A stretch of DNA of 62,810 nt from an uncultured Candidatus Poseidoniales archaeon (lineage in GTDB: Archaea; Thermoplasmatota; Poseidoniia; Poseidoniales; Thalassarchaeaceae): NCBI GenBank assembly GCA_964401115.1, contig CAYNXD010000073.1:1-62810 (forward strand), read 5' to 3'. Positions 19,088 through 29,141 of the stretch are shown here, piece by piece. The translations under genes were made by a program, and so were the position numbers. Position 1 is the first letter of the stretch; every line of letters begins with the position of its first letter. The notes under the pieces are model-generated. The model saw only the letters and a program-made list of their open reading frames with translations. It was not told where the DNA came from and did no database searches.

Positions 19088-19543
19088 TTATCCAAGCCAA
19101 ATCCAACAGCCATCAGAATGCCTCATCAGAAGTCCTTGAGATTCCGCCATATCTACGATTTCTTCAGCATTTGGCGATTCAATTCCCAAGCGATTCAATT
19201 CAGAATATATTTTGTCAATTTCAATCATTCCATCTTCATTTATGATGTTACTAAGAATTTTCAATAGTTTTCTAGGTTGAGTTATCTCCCCATCAAAATT
19301 TTCAAATTTATCTTGATTTCCTAGTATCTTTTTCAAATCCTGTTTCAAATTAGTTGGTACATTAGCCATGGCTACGCGATTAGAAAGATCTCTGTCATCT
19401 TTAGCCCTATCTACTATAGGGTGAGAATCATAATCACCACAATTTGGACAAGAAGTTTCTTTGGAGTATAGGGAGCCAAAATGATTTTTACATTTGGAAC
19501 AACGAATTACTAGAAATTCACTTTTTTGGCCATCCATGTCCAA
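19088..19543 (-). CDS. Zinc-ribbon protein with probable C-terminal winged-helix domain
   Basis: CSKC...CPNC ribbon at the N-terminus. Lies 3 nt downstream of the PdaD-like gene on the same strand. Confidence 0.5.
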   Translation of the reverse strand: MDMDGQKSEFLVIRCSKCKNHFGSLYSKETSCPNCGDYDSHPIVDRAKDDRDLSNRVAMANVPTNLKQDLKKILGNQDKFENFDGEITQPRKLLKILSNIINEDGMIEIDKIYSELNRLGIESPNAEEIVDMAESQGLLMRHSDGCWIWLG

Positions 19544-19546
19544 TCC

Positions 19547-20191
19547 TCATAATTGGAAACTGAAATCGTCACTCCTTTTTGATTTCGATTGTTGGCTAAT
19601 TCCTTGGTTTGGATTAAATCCTTCTGCGCTTCTTGTCAAGCCACCCCTTACTCTCCCCACTGACCCGCTTTGCATGTTCAGTGTCTCTGGTAGAATTAGA
19701 GCTGCAATTGCGCAACCATGGTGGTCTTGGGCTGCTGTAACTTCATCTACAGCAATTTGGTGTTTTACTACTTCCAAATCTCTAGATGCAAGTTTTTGTT
19801 TCAGATTTCGTTTTAGGAGCAACTCGGTATCTTCGTAAGAAAGCCCACTAGAAATAGTTGCCACAATTGAACATTCATCGCCTTCCGGTGTGGTGCATTG
19901 CGCCCAAGCAACTCCTGCGGATGCAGTACCTCCATCATTTGCATAAGATTCAGCAATGTGGCATTCCACAATAGAACCCATTGCCAAATCTTCTGGCTGA
20001 ATTGGTTCAAAACCCATGGGCAGCATTGCACCTTCCATTCGAATTAATCTAGAGTCACCTAAACCCAAATCGACTAGGCATTGATCAAATGCATCTTCCT
20101 TGGTATCCCCCCAAGATGAAACAGATGTCATTAACCAACCAGAACAAGAGCCTGAGGCCTTCTTTCTACCTGTGTCAATCTTGAAGTCCAT
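19547..20191 (-). CDS. Pyruvoyl-dependent arginine decarboxylase (PdaD)-like protein lacking the Ser-Ser processing site
   Basis: From ATG 20191, SSWGDTKEDAFDQCLVDLGLGDSRLIRMEGAMLP aligns by eye to PdaD [34 protein letters not shown]. C-terminal HGCAIAAL is also PdaD-like. Confidence 0.55.
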   Translation of the reverse strand: MDFKIDTGRKKASGSCSGWLMTSVSSWGDTKEDAFDQCLVDLGLGDSRLIRMEGAMLPMGFEPIQPEDLAMGSIVECHIAESYANDGGTASAGVAWAQCTTPEGDECSIVATISSGLSYEDTELLLKRNLKQKLASRDLEVVKHQIAVDEVTAAQDHHGCAIAALILPETLNMQSGSVGRVRGGLTRSAEGFNPNQGISQQSKSKRSDDFSFQL

Positions 20192-20243
20192 GATGAGCCG
20201 AGATGGGTTGGGTTCATCAAGTGGCCGGCTACTGGAATAATCA

Positions 20244-20531
20244 ATGAAGTGGCATCGACTTACTCCAGGGTTACTGGTTGCTCTACTAATGTTGGTTGTA
20301 ATTGCTATTAGAATTAGGCAAGATGGGGGAATTTCTACGGATTCTTTTGCAGTGCTTTTGATTCTATTTATTGGAATTTTTGTTATAGTAATAATCTCAT
20401 CACCTAGTGAGAGGGGATCAAATGAAAACACATCGACTAAATCAGAAGAAGATAATGATAAATCATCCCAGTCAATCGAGTCAGTATTACCTGACCCACT
20501 GGATGAAGGATTTGATTATCCCTTAATGTAA
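20244..20531 (+). CDS. Small two-TM membrane protein with acidic tail
   Basis: Two clear hydrophobic helices. Becomes non-overlapping once the PdaD-like start is placed at 20191. Confidence 0.35.
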   Translation: MKWHRLTPGLLVALLMLVVIAIRIRQDGGISTDSFAVLLILFIGIFVIVIISSPSERGSNENTSTKSEEDNDKSSQSIESVLPDPLDEGFDYPLM

Positions 20532-20535
20532 TCAG

Positions 20536-21957
20536 TCAGGGAGTAACTCTCCGTGAATCACGCGGGAAAGGTATGACTTCTCGAATATGTTCTGCACCAG
20601 AAAGCCAAGAGCACACTCTATCTACACCTAATCCGAATCCTCCGTGCGGCACACCTCCGAATCTTCGAACATCAATGTAAAACTCATATGGTTCCCTGGG
20701 TGTTCCCTCTTCGTCAATCCTTTCCAGGATCTCCTTTTCTGTCCATGTCCTTTCACCACCACCAATAATTTCACCATATCCTTCTGGAGCTAAAAGGTCA
20801 TGGCACAGTACATATTTAGGATCTTCAGGGTCGGGTCTGTGATAGAATGGCTTCGCAATTCTTGGGTAATGGGTTAGGAAATGTGGTACTTCGAAATCTT
20901 GAGTTAGGATTTTCTCTTTACTATAGTCTAGATCTTGTCCCCATTCAATTTCTACACCCATTCCCTGTAATGTTTCAATAGCCTCATCATACCTAATCCT
21001 AGGATATGGTGTGTCAGCATATCTTGCAACCAATTCAAGGTCTCTTCCAAGGCTGCTTAATTCATCACTTCTCTCATCAAGCAATGTAGAAGCTATACTC
21101 CTAACCAATGATTCTCCATGAGCCATAACATCTGAGTTCCCACCCCATGCAATTTCCATTTCTGCGTGCCAAAACTCAGTCAAATGCCTTCTAGTACGAC
21201 TTTTCTCAGCCCTAAATGAAGGGGCGATGGTGTATAGACGCTCCAAAGCAGGCATTGCTGCTTCTGCATAAAGTTGCCAGGATTGAGTAAGGTATGCTTT
21301 TCTTTCCGGATTCTTTTCTGAAGGGAAATATGGTACCTCAAATAAGGTGCTTCCACCTTCGACAGCTCCTGCGACAAAATTGGGTGCCTGATATTCTATG
21401 AAATCTAGATTTCTGAAGTATGAATGAATGGCTCCGAAAACAGAAGAACGAATCTTTAGCATTGTTGTCATCCTATTTGTTCTAAGGTATAGGTGACGAT
21501 TGTCAAGAAGGAATTCTGTTTCACCACCATCTGAACTCTCCATGGCGGAATCGGTGATGGGGAATGGATTTTCTGGATTGACCTCACCAATAATTTTTCC
21601 TGATGTAATTACAATTTCGTGACCACCAGGTGCTCTTTCATCAACATTTACTTTTCCAGAAAGTACAACACTAGATTCAATTAGTGCAGATTTCAATTCT
21701 TCAAAGCACTCGTCCCCAACGTCACTTCTCTTAATCACACATTGAACAATACCAGTGGAATCTCGTAAAACAAGGAACCAAATTTTGTTCGAACCACGAG
21801 TTCGATAAACCCATCCTTTCAACTCTACATCTTCTCCATCATGGGAGCCATTGTGAACATCACTAACCCACACATCCTTGGTCACGCTCAGCCACCCTGT
21901 GCTACCCGAATCGCTTCGCCCATTTGAAATCAAGCCCTCCGCAAACACCGGATACAT
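20536..21957 (-). CDS. asnS: Asparagine--tRNA ligase (class IIb)
   Basis: OB-fold GWVYRTRGSNKIWFLVLRD, motif 2 FRAEKSRTRRHLTEFWHAE (AsnRS-type rather than AspRS FRAEE) and motif 3 GGFGLGVDR. Confidence 0.8.
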   Translation of the reverse strand: MYPVFAEGLISNGRSDSGSTGWLSVTKDVWVSDVHNGSHDGEDVELKGWVYRTRGSNKIWFLVLRDSTGIVQCVIKRSDVGDECFEELKSALIESSVVLSGKVNVDERAPGGHEIVITSGKIIGEVNPENPFPITDSAMESSDGGETEFLLDNRHLYLRTNRMTTMLKIRSSVFGAIHSYFRNLDFIEYQAPNFVAGAVEGGSTLFEVPYFPSEKNPERKAYLTQSWQLYAEAAMPALERLYTIAPSFRAEKSRTRRHLTEFWHAEMEIAWGGNSDVMAHGESLVRSIASTLLDERSDELSSLGRDLELVARYADTPYPRIRYDEAIETLQGMGVEIEWGQDLDYSKEKILTQDFEVPHFLTHYPRIAKPFYHRPDPEDPKYVLCHDLLAPEGYGEIIGGGERTWTEKEILERIDEEGTPREPYEFYIDVRRFGGVPHGGFGLGVDRVCSWLSGAEHIREVIPFPRDSRRVTP

Positions 21958-21989
21958 CTATTCGTGCGTTACCTTTCCCACGTTGTTCC

Positions 21990-22979
21990 ATGTCTGATGT
22001 GCCAAATAGAGGAGGCCAGCGTTTGGCGGTATATGCCGTAGGCGGAAATGCTCTTTCAAACCCATCTTTAGAAGGGAGTGAGGCGAAATCTGCTGCAGAG
22101 AATGTTATGGGATTGGTTTTAGAAGACGTAGTCGATTTATTAGAGGCGGGAATTAGGGTTGTTTTGACTCATGGTAATGGACCCCAAGTCGGAGAATTAT
22201 TGCTAATGGAAGAGGCATTATTTGACAGGAGGAATGACTTAGATAGTTCCCCCCCAATGCCGGAGGGATTGGATCATTGGGTGGCTGCAAGCCAAGGTAC
22301 GCTAGGTCATGACATCGCCACACGTCTTGACAATACCCTTCGAAGGAGAGGCAGGCACGAGCAAGTTGCAACACTTCTCACTAGAGTTGAGGTTTCATCA
22401 TCTGATCCAGCATTTTCTCTACCAACCAAACCAATTGGTCCTGTAATTGACGATTTGGATTTGATTCCAGATTCTTGGGCTGTTGGTGTGACCAATGCTG
22501 ATTCTGGGCCGCGTAGAGTAGTTGCTTCCCCTAAGCCAATTTCGATAATCGATTCCGATGCAATTGAAGCCCTTTTGTTAGCAGGTGCAGTAGTTCTTTG
22601 TGGTGGTGGGGGTGGGATTCCAGTAATTGCTGATAAAGGAGGAATTAAGGGTATTGAAGCTGTTATTGATAAAGATAGAGTTAGTGCTTTATTGGCAAAT
22701 TCACTGAATGCAGATTATTTGTTTATTTCCACAGCAGTTGATTCAATTAAGATTGATTTTGGTACCGATAGTGAAAGCAATATTTCATCTCTAAGCATCA
22801 GTGAGGCAATTATTCATCTAGAAAATGGGCAATTTCCCGTTGGTAGTATGGGCCCGAAAGTAGAAGCGATGATTTTTGCAAAGAAATCAACACCCGGGAT
22901 GAAAGTAATACTATGCAAACCAGGGGATGCAATAGATGCAATGCGTGGCGAAGTTGGTACAACTATTGTAAATAATTAA
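21990..22979 (+). CDS. arcC: Carbamate kinase
   Basis: LAVYAVGGNAL and VVLTHGNGPQVG blocks. ATG 21990 lies inside track ORF 21924..22979. Confidence 0.85.
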   Translation: MSDVPNRGGQRLAVYAVGGNALSNPSLEGSEAKSAAENVMGLVLEDVVDLLEAGIRVVLTHGNGPQVGELLLMEEALFDRRNDLDSSPPMPEGLDHWVAASQGTLGHDIATRLDNTLRRRGRHEQVATLLTRVEVSSSDPAFSLPTKPIGPVIDDLDLIPDSWAVGVTNADSGPRRVVASPKPISIIDSDAIEALLLAGAVVLCGGGGGIPVIADKGGIKGIEAVIDKDRVSALLANSLNADYLFISTAVDSIKIDFGTDSESNISSLSISEAIIHLENGQFPVGSMGPKVEAMIFAKKSTPGMKVILCKPGDAIDAMRGEVGTTIVNN

Positions 22980-22987
22980 TTTTTTAG

Positions 22988-23061
22988 CGGGCCTTACGGG
23001 GTTCGAACCCGCGGCCGACGGATTAAGAGTCCGTCGCTCTACCTGACTAAGCTAAAGGCCC
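22988..23061 (-). tRNA. tRNA-Lys: tRNA-Lys (anticodon CUU)
   Basis: The reverse complement reads GGGCCTT-TA-GCTT...GAGC-G-ACGGA-CTCTTAA-TCCGT-...GCGGGTTCGAACCCCGT-AAGGCCC-G. Clean cloverleaf. Confidence 0.92.
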
Positions 23062-23109
23062 GTCATTGCGGGAGCGTCACCACTATTTGACCAAAGCGGA
23101 CGGTGCTAT

Positions 23110-23820
23110 TCAAACAAGCCTACCATCTGCCTTAATCCTAATTTCAATTCCTTCATTAGAACCAATAATTACAGCATCTGCAATATGTGTGAAAAGTCCA
23201 ACTTCCACTACTCCAGCAATTGATTGAATTTGGGATTCTAATTTCACAGGTTCTTTAATAGATGGTCCAAAATTACAATCAATGATGAAATTTCCATTAT
23301 CTGTTACAAAAGGATCTTGACCACCCCTCCTTGAAATCTCTCCAGGACAAATTTCTTGGAGGTGCCTTACTGTAACTTCCCAACCAAATTGGATTACTTC
23401 AACTGGCAAAGGAAATTCACCCAGAATCCCAACATCTTTCCGGGGGTCAGTGACAACAACCATGGAATTTGAAATCTGAGCTACAATTTTTTCTCTAGTT
23501 AGGGCTCCCCCGCCACCTTTAATTAAATGAAAATTGGAATCGAACTCATCCGCTCCATCTATAGTCACAGATAGGCGATCAACTTCATCGAAAGAAATTA
23601 GCGGTATTCCGAGTTTTCTAGCCAATTCTTCAGTTTCAATACTTGTGGGCACGCCTCGTATATTCAATCCTTCTTCTGACATTCTCCTTCCTAGTTCTAT
23701 CACAGTATGCCTTACAGTCGAACCCGTGCCAAGGCCAACATCCATTCCTTCACTTACAAAATCACATGCTGCAATCCCTGCGGCCTTTTTTGCCTGCTCT
23801 ACAGAATCCATCTCTCTCAT
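23110..23820 (-). CDS. rpiA: Ribose-5-phosphate isomerase A
   Basis: GLGTGST, IDGADE and KGGGGALTREK blocks. Start moved to ATG 23820 (MREMDSVEQAKK) to match the usual RpiA length. Confidence 0.9.
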   Translation of the reverse strand: MREMDSVEQAKKAAGIAACDFVSEGMDVGLGTGSTVRHTVIELGRRMSEEGLNIRGVPTSIETEELARKLGIPLISFDEVDRLSVTIDGADEFDSNFHLIKGGGGALTREKIVAQISNSMVVVTDPRKDVGILGEFPLPVEVIQFGWEVTVRHLQEICPGEISRRGGQDPFVTDNGNFIIDCNFGPSIKEPVKLESQIQSIAGVVEVGLFTHIADAVIIGSNEGIEIRIKADGRLV

Positions 23821-23925
23821 AATGGCGGTAGGGAGGGAGGGGGATATCATTTGCCCAATTTCGTGATTCACAAATTTTCCATGATGCCGAATAATTGACA
23901 AACCTTCATGTACTCCGTACATGGT

Positions 23926-26900
23926 ATGGAGCGTAGTCTAAGTCGAGTGTTCCTTCCAATAATTTTGGCTTTTTTGTTGGCAGGCCCTTCACTAATCTGT
24001 TTTCTACAACCTCCTACAGAGCTTCATGAATTTGGATCTGTCAAAGAAACACAACTCAATGTAGAAACTACAATTTCAATCACTGGTTCCCCCAATGGTT
24101 CTTCAGATTCTTTGCAATTAGAAGTTCCAGAGGACGAGGCCGTTACAGGAGTAGATTTGTCTCTGGAGCCACATATTCATCCAGTTTCTGATGGCATTTC
24201 TTGGTCATCTGCATCTGATTGGAATATGTCAGGGGTGATTAACGATGGTGTTGATTTTAACATTAGTTCCGGAATGACCTTGTTGCCACAAGGATACGAT
24301 TGGGATTTTGAGTCCAATTCTTTTGGTAATGGATGGACCCATTCAGGCAATTCAAATTGGATAGTTCAGAGTGGAACAAGACTCAGCGGCCAGTACTCAG
24401 CACAGTCTGGTTACATTTCTCATAATCAACAGACATCAATTAGCGTGACAATATCTAATATGGTTGGTTCTGGTTCATTCAAGTATAGGACATCAACGGA
24501 GGGGTATTACGATAGACTTTTGTTCTGCGTTGATAATACGGGTTGTACTAGATATGGTGGATATCAAGCACAATGGTCGGGAACAACTAGCGGGACTTAC
24601 AATTTCAATGTAAATTCCGGCTCACATACATACACATGGAAGTACTACAAGGATGGTAGCGTTAACTCTGGATCTGATAGAGTTTGGATCGATGATGTAG
24701 AATTCAATCCCACTAGTGGCGGCTCAGGTGATGCTAATTGGACTTCGGCTCAATTTGGCCCAGGTGCTACAGGGTCTCTGAAAACCCCTGTTGGACAGTA
24801 TGGTTTGATGAGTATTGATGCTAGCACGTCAGGTGGTTCTTCTGTCACCTGGGATGTTCTGGATGGTATTACAAAACAACCGATTTACGGGTTCAATGAT
24901 CGTTCGGATTTGTATGCAGATCTAGGGGCTATTGATTGGCATGATCACCCCACAATTCGCCTACGTTTGTATATGGATCAACCTTCTGGGGCTTCGATAA
25001 TAGTACATAGTGTCAATCTTCAGGGTAGATATGCTCAGACATTTACTAGAGATCCTGGTTGGGGTGGTTCGATTAATTGGGATGGCGATTCATATTATGG
25101 TTCTGGGTCTATTTTATCACCTGTTTTTGAATGTTTAAGACCGATTTCAAGAGTTAAGTCTACAGCTTCATATTCTAGTTCAGGACAACTATTAGTTTCA
25201 GCGGATGGTGGCCCATTCAATTCAGTTTCTACGAGTGGCGGGACCCATACTTTCGATAGTTACGCAAATGAAATTCAATTCAAATGGGAGGGCACGTCAT
25301 CTAATTCAGACTTGAGGTCAGTAATTTTGGATTTAGATTCGGGTGGTCTTCCTGTTGATCCTAGGATAGATGTAGGTTTAGATGGATTAATTGAATGGGA
25401 AATTTCAGATTCAAAAATCGGCCCATGGGGTTGGCAGGATAGATTATCTACGGGCTCTCTTTCAAGTGATCATATCTTTACAACTACATCTTCAAAACAG
25501 GTTGGAATTTGGCTCCCTACATCAGGGCTTGATGCAATGAGATTTTCTGTAAATCCATCATCATCAGGGATTCAAAACCTAGATATTTCTCTAAATGTAG
25601 ATGGTACAGATGTATTTAGTCAGTCATTTGGTACTTTTTCTAATTCTCGGATTGTTACTTTAGATACCACCTCTTTGAGCAATTTGAATAATGAACTGTC
25701 ATCTTCATCATCTATAATTTGGCCTAATTCACAGAAGCAAGTGGGGGATAGTTATGTTCAAGCAGTATTTACATTGGATGCCGATTATGGCTCAGTGAAT
25801 ATTGGCGGTATTTCAGCAGTTTATCATCCAATAGTAAATTTATCTTATCAGGAGTTTGATGAGATGGTTTGGTCGATAAACGATCTTATGCCATCTACAA
25901 ATGCACTAGGCGGAATCAAGAAGGTTCCTTTGACAATTCAGATGACAAGTTCTGGCTCGATCAAGGCTACAATCAAAGATCTAACTTCGACAGATGAACT
26001 GAGTAGTGATTCTATGAGTATTACAAATGCAACAATCACACTTGCGCCTTCCCATCAATGGATTGAAGTCAATACGACTCATACTGCGCCATTAGGGACT
26101 GTTTCTGCTATTCAATTGGATATGATAGGTTCTTTACACCAAGTTAGGGTTCTATGCAGGCAGGATGGCTCTCTCTCCCCATTAACCAGTTTAGGCGGTC
26201 AAGGGATGAATGAAATGGAAATGCTCCTATGGGATGTAGCAAATGGATGCAATTTAGAAGTAAATGGTACTTCAGTAACTAGTTCTCTACGATTCCAATT
26301 AAACTCTTCTTGGGATGATGAAGATAATCTCGCGATGAGGGTTAGGTTAGTTCTTACTGATGGCCGTCGTAGCATACCACTAGTTCAGGAATTTGGGCCT
26401 GGTTCAATTTTGGCTGTAGAGAATGATGTTGAAATCATTTCATGGGAAATGTACAATGACCTCGGCATTCCTATTCCTGAAGATAGATTATATCTGAAAT
26501 CAAATACTCCAATCACAATTTCCGTTGATTTAGGGTTTCCAAATGTGGATAGTTTCCTAGCTCCTAGGGCCGGTGACGTTGCAGTTAGAGTATTTGAGAA
26601 TGACCAAGTCGTAGCAAATTCCACAGCACTAGTTAATGGTTCAATAGACATCAATCTTTTAGCCCCATTAAGTTCCCAACCAATTGAATATCGTATCGAC
26701 ATTTTTACACTCCACGGACAAGAAAATATTTCACAAATAGCATTGAATAGGACCTATGAAATTGATTCGCTAGCTCCAATAGTAATAGATCAGAACATTA
26801 GAAAATACGATCATCTTGAACATTCGCTAACTCAGGAGATTAGAGTAGAGATTTATGATCGGCCATTACTCCCTGACCATCTTTCACTTATGCTTTGGAG

Positions 26901-29061
26901 AGATTGGAATGATGATTCCAATTTTGATGGGATGCCTAATGCATCAGAATTCATAGAATATCAAATGATGTCACCATCAAATATCGAACAGGCACGCGAC
27001 AATTATACGTTTTACTTTGATGACACAGATGCTCCTAACGGCGGTATTGTTGCGGGTTATGTCTCAGGTTCAGATGCTGCCGGCAACTCATTGATGGGTG
27101 GCGGTGGCCCAGGTATTGATGAGCAATTATTCACTTATCAACTGGCCCAAGATGGCGCTCCCAACATTATTGGAACTGGTGGCTTTTCGGACGGTCCCCA
27201 CTCATGGTTGCATCCAGCCACCCTCTATGAAATTAATATTCCATTTGATGAACCAAACGGTTTGTCTGATCTAGAGGATGTTAGATTCCAACTCGCTAGC
27301 AACTCAATCGTTGATCCTTTAGAAGTAGTTTGGAATGCCACAACAAATCGTTGTGTATCTTCAACTGAAGATAAACCCTGGATGCAAAACAACCTTTTGG
27401 TAAATTCATGCCACATTCATGCTAGGGATGGCGAGATAACCCCATTCACAACCGAGTTAGAATTGAGAATGGAATTCACATTGGATTGGGGGCTACCTAT
27501 TGAAAATGACCTCAGAAGGGCTCCGGCAATCACAGTTCGTGACCGTGCTGGATTGGAATCATGGCTTGAATTGCCCCAGTTACGCTGGCGTTTCTCCCCT
27601 AACTTGGCAATTTTTGGAGATAGCGTAATTTTGGAAGTAGAAGAAGGTTCCATTATTGATCAAAGCGCTTGGGTGAGGCCAGGGACTGGATTAAACATAT
27701 CTGGACAAGTGAAATTTGTCGAAACAGGACTAAGTCCCACTATACCGTTTGATGTTTCGATCCTTCTTGATGGAGAAAGATCGATAGTTTCAACTATCAA
27801 TGGTTATTTCATTGCTGAGTTGTCTGCACCTATGGATTCTAAGAGTCATGCGCTTTCATTTGAATTGAGTGGTTTGCCCCCTGAGGCAGTAGATGGCACA
27901 GACTCAACAGCAACTCTATATTGGATAGAGGTGGATAGTAATCAGCCAATTCCTGCAGGTGTTGTCGCCCCTAGAGAGGGTACGGAAATTACTCTTAATG
28001 AGCTATCATCAGTTGAAGTCGAATTACTTATTTCAGAACAAGAGAAATTGAATGTTGATAGTCTTCAATTGTTTTACAAAGTTTCAACTGTCAGCCAACC
28101 AAATGGTCCAGCTTTAATAGAAGGTTCAGAGCCGCTAATTGTTTCAGGCTCTCCGGTCGGGCAATCAATTTCAGTATCATCTGTAATTGATATAGAGAGC
28201 CGCCTTCCGAGCGATGCTTATCAAGACGAGTTACTTCTTTCTGTTTGGATTAAAGGTAGTGACATGGCAGGTAACGGCATAAGTTCATCTGCCCAGTTCA
28301 ATAGTGGTTCAACTCCTTTCGTTGTATGGAATATTGAGCATTTGGTTGCTGAAATTGAGATTACAAAATTGACATATTCAAGAAGCGGAGAACTTGATGT
28401 TGGACAGACAACGATGGTGACAATTGAATTGAGGAATATAGGGCATGCGCCGGGTTCTGCGAAATTATTGGCATATGAATTAGGAAGAGGGGGCGAAAAC
28501 CGCTCACTTACTCCTGTTCCAATTTCTGTAGTTGTGCCGATGGGTGAAAGAGTCACTTACGATATAGATTGGGTGCCAGAAAATAATGGCGAGAGGTGGG
28601 TAGTTGTTTCATTAGAAGATGGTTCATCAATGGAAGGGGATCACATCAATATTCGAGGGGACGGAGGTGATGATCCTCTTGGAAACGCCCTACAAGATGT
28701 TCCAATAACATGGCTGTTGGTAATTGCTGTTTTACTTCTAATTCTGACTCTTGTAGTTTCTCTTGCACTGAGGAGCGGCGGTTCTTCTGAGTCAGTATTG
28801 GATGATACTGACGATTGGGATGATGATGAGTGGGAGGAAGAAACGAAGTCTACCTATGCTAGCCCATCAGATGCAATGGCTAATTTGGCACCTTCTGAGC
28901 AACCACCCAATTTGGGTTATCAATATCAAAACCAACAGTTAGATCAAGCTCAGAACTACCAGCAAAACAACCAAAATCAATGGACTGAAGAACAAATCCA
29001 AGCATACCACCAACAGAATCAACAACAATATTATGACGCTGAAAAACATCAAAATCAGTAG
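23926..29061 (+). CDS. Giant (~1710 aa) surface protein: signal peptide, beta-rich ectodomains incl. CARDB-like module, C-terminal TM, acidic then Q/N-rich cytoplasmic tail
   Basis: N-terminal hydrophobic segment (VFLPIILAFLLAGPSL) and TM ITWLLVIAVLLLILTLVVSLAL near the C-terminus. The tail ends QYQNQQLDQAQNYQQNNQNQ...QQNQQQYY. Confidence 0.8.
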   Translation: MERSLSRVFLPIILAFLLAGPSLICFLQPPTELHEFGSVKETQLNVETTISITGSPNGSSDSLQLEVPEDEAVTGVDLSLEPHIHPVSDGISWSSASDWNMSGVINDGVDFNISSGMTLLPQGYDWDFESNSFGNGWTHSGNSNWIVQSGTRLSGQYSAQSGYISHNQQTSISVTISNMVGSGSFKYRTSTEGYYDRLLFCVDNTGCTRYGGYQAQWSGTTSGTYNFNVNSGSHTYTWKYYKDGSVNSGSDRVWIDDVEFNPTSGGSGDANWTSAQFGPGATGSLKTPVGQYGLMSIDASTSGGSSVTWDVLDGITKQPIYGFNDRSDLYADLGAIDWHDHPTIRLRLYMDQPSGASIIVHSVNLQGRYAQTFTRDPGWGGSINWDGDSYYGSGSILSPVFECLRPISRVKSTASYSSSGQLLVSADGGPFNSVSTSGGTHTFDSYANEIQFKWEGTSSNSDLRSVILDLDSGGLPVDPRIDVGLDGLIEWEISDSKIGPWGWQDRLSTGSLSSDHIFTTTSSKQVGIWLPTSGLDAMRFSVNPSSSGIQNLDISLNVDGTDVFSQSFGTFSNSRIVTLDTTSLSNLNNELSSSSSIIWPNSQKQVGDSYVQAVFTLDADYGSVNIGGISAVYHPIVNLSYQEFDEMVWSINDLMPSTNALGGIKKVPLTIQMTSSGSIKATIKDLTSTDELSSDSMSITNATITLAPSHQWIEVNTTHTAPLGTVSAIQLDMIGSLHQVRVLCRQDGSLSPLTSLGGQGMNEMEMLLWDVANGCNLEVNGTSVTSSLRFQLNSSWDDEDNLAMRVRLVLTDGRRSIPLVQEFGPGSILAVENDVEIISWEMYNDLGIPIPEDRLYLKSNTPITISVDLGFPNVDSFLAPRAGDVAVRVFENDQVVANSTALVNGSIDINLLAPLSSQPIEYRIDIFTLHGQENISQIALNRTYEIDSLAPIVIDQNIRKYDHLEHSLTQEIRVEIYDRPLLPDHLSLMLWRDWNDDSNFDGMPNASEFIEYQMMSPSNIEQARDNYTFYFDDTDAPNGGIVAGYVSGSDAAGNSLMGGGGPGIDEQLFTYQLAQDGAPNIIGTGGFSDGPHSWLHPATLYEINIPFDEPNGLSDLEDVRFQLASNSIVDPLEVVWNATTNRCVSSTEDKPWMQNNLLVNSCHIHARDGEITPFTTELELRMEFTLDWGLPIENDLRRAPAITVRDRAGLESWLELPQLRWRFSPNLAIFGDSVILEVEEGSIIDQSAWVRPGTGLNISGQVKFVETGLSPTIPFDVSILLDGERSIVSTINGYFIAELSAPMDSKSHALSFELSGLPPEAVDGTDSTATLYWIEVDSNQPIPAGVVAPREGTEITLNELSSVEVELLISEQEKLNVDSLQLFYKVSTVSQPNGPALIEGSEPLIVSGSPVGQSISVSSVIDIESRLPSDAYQDELLLSVWIKGSDMAGNGISSSAQFNSGSTPFVVWNIEHLVAEIEITKLTYSRSGELDVGQTTMVTIELRNIGHAPGSAKLLAYELGRGGENRSLTPVPISVVVPMGERVTYDIDWVPENNGERWVVVSLEDGSSMEGDHINIRGDGGDDPLGNALQDVPITWLLVIAVLLLILTLVVSLALRSGGSSESVLDDTDDWDDDEWEEETKSTYASPSDAMANLAPSEQPPNLGYQYQNQQLDQAQNYQQNNQNQWTEEQIQAYHQQNQQQYYDAEKHQNQ

Positions 29062-29141
29062 TTTTATTCTACAATATTTCTCACTATTGGGTATTTTTCG
29101 AATCCGTTCCTTTCATAGCATAGGGGCTTTCACGCATGATT

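Noticed and set aside
18974-19267. 97-aa + strand ORF starting right after the GT2 gene
   Set aside because: Its 5' part is the antisense of tRNA-Pro. The rest is antisense to the better-supported zinc-ribbon gene 19088..19543.
19547-20431. Full 294-aa track ORF for the PdaD-like gene
   Set aside because: The first 80 codons have no PdaD counterpart and would overlap the plausible 2-TM gene 20244..20531. ATG 20191 gives PdaD-like numbering.
18975-23061. Looked for integrated elements next to tRNA-Pro, tRNA-Lys and (at 53791-53863) tRNA-His
   Set aside because: I saw no integrase or recombinase, no duplicated tRNA 3' fragment and no compositional break. Flanking genes are housekeeping.
29093-29110. 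TTCGAATCC T-loop-like motif suggesting a fourth tRNA
   Set aside because: No acceptor, D or anticodon stems can be drawn around it.
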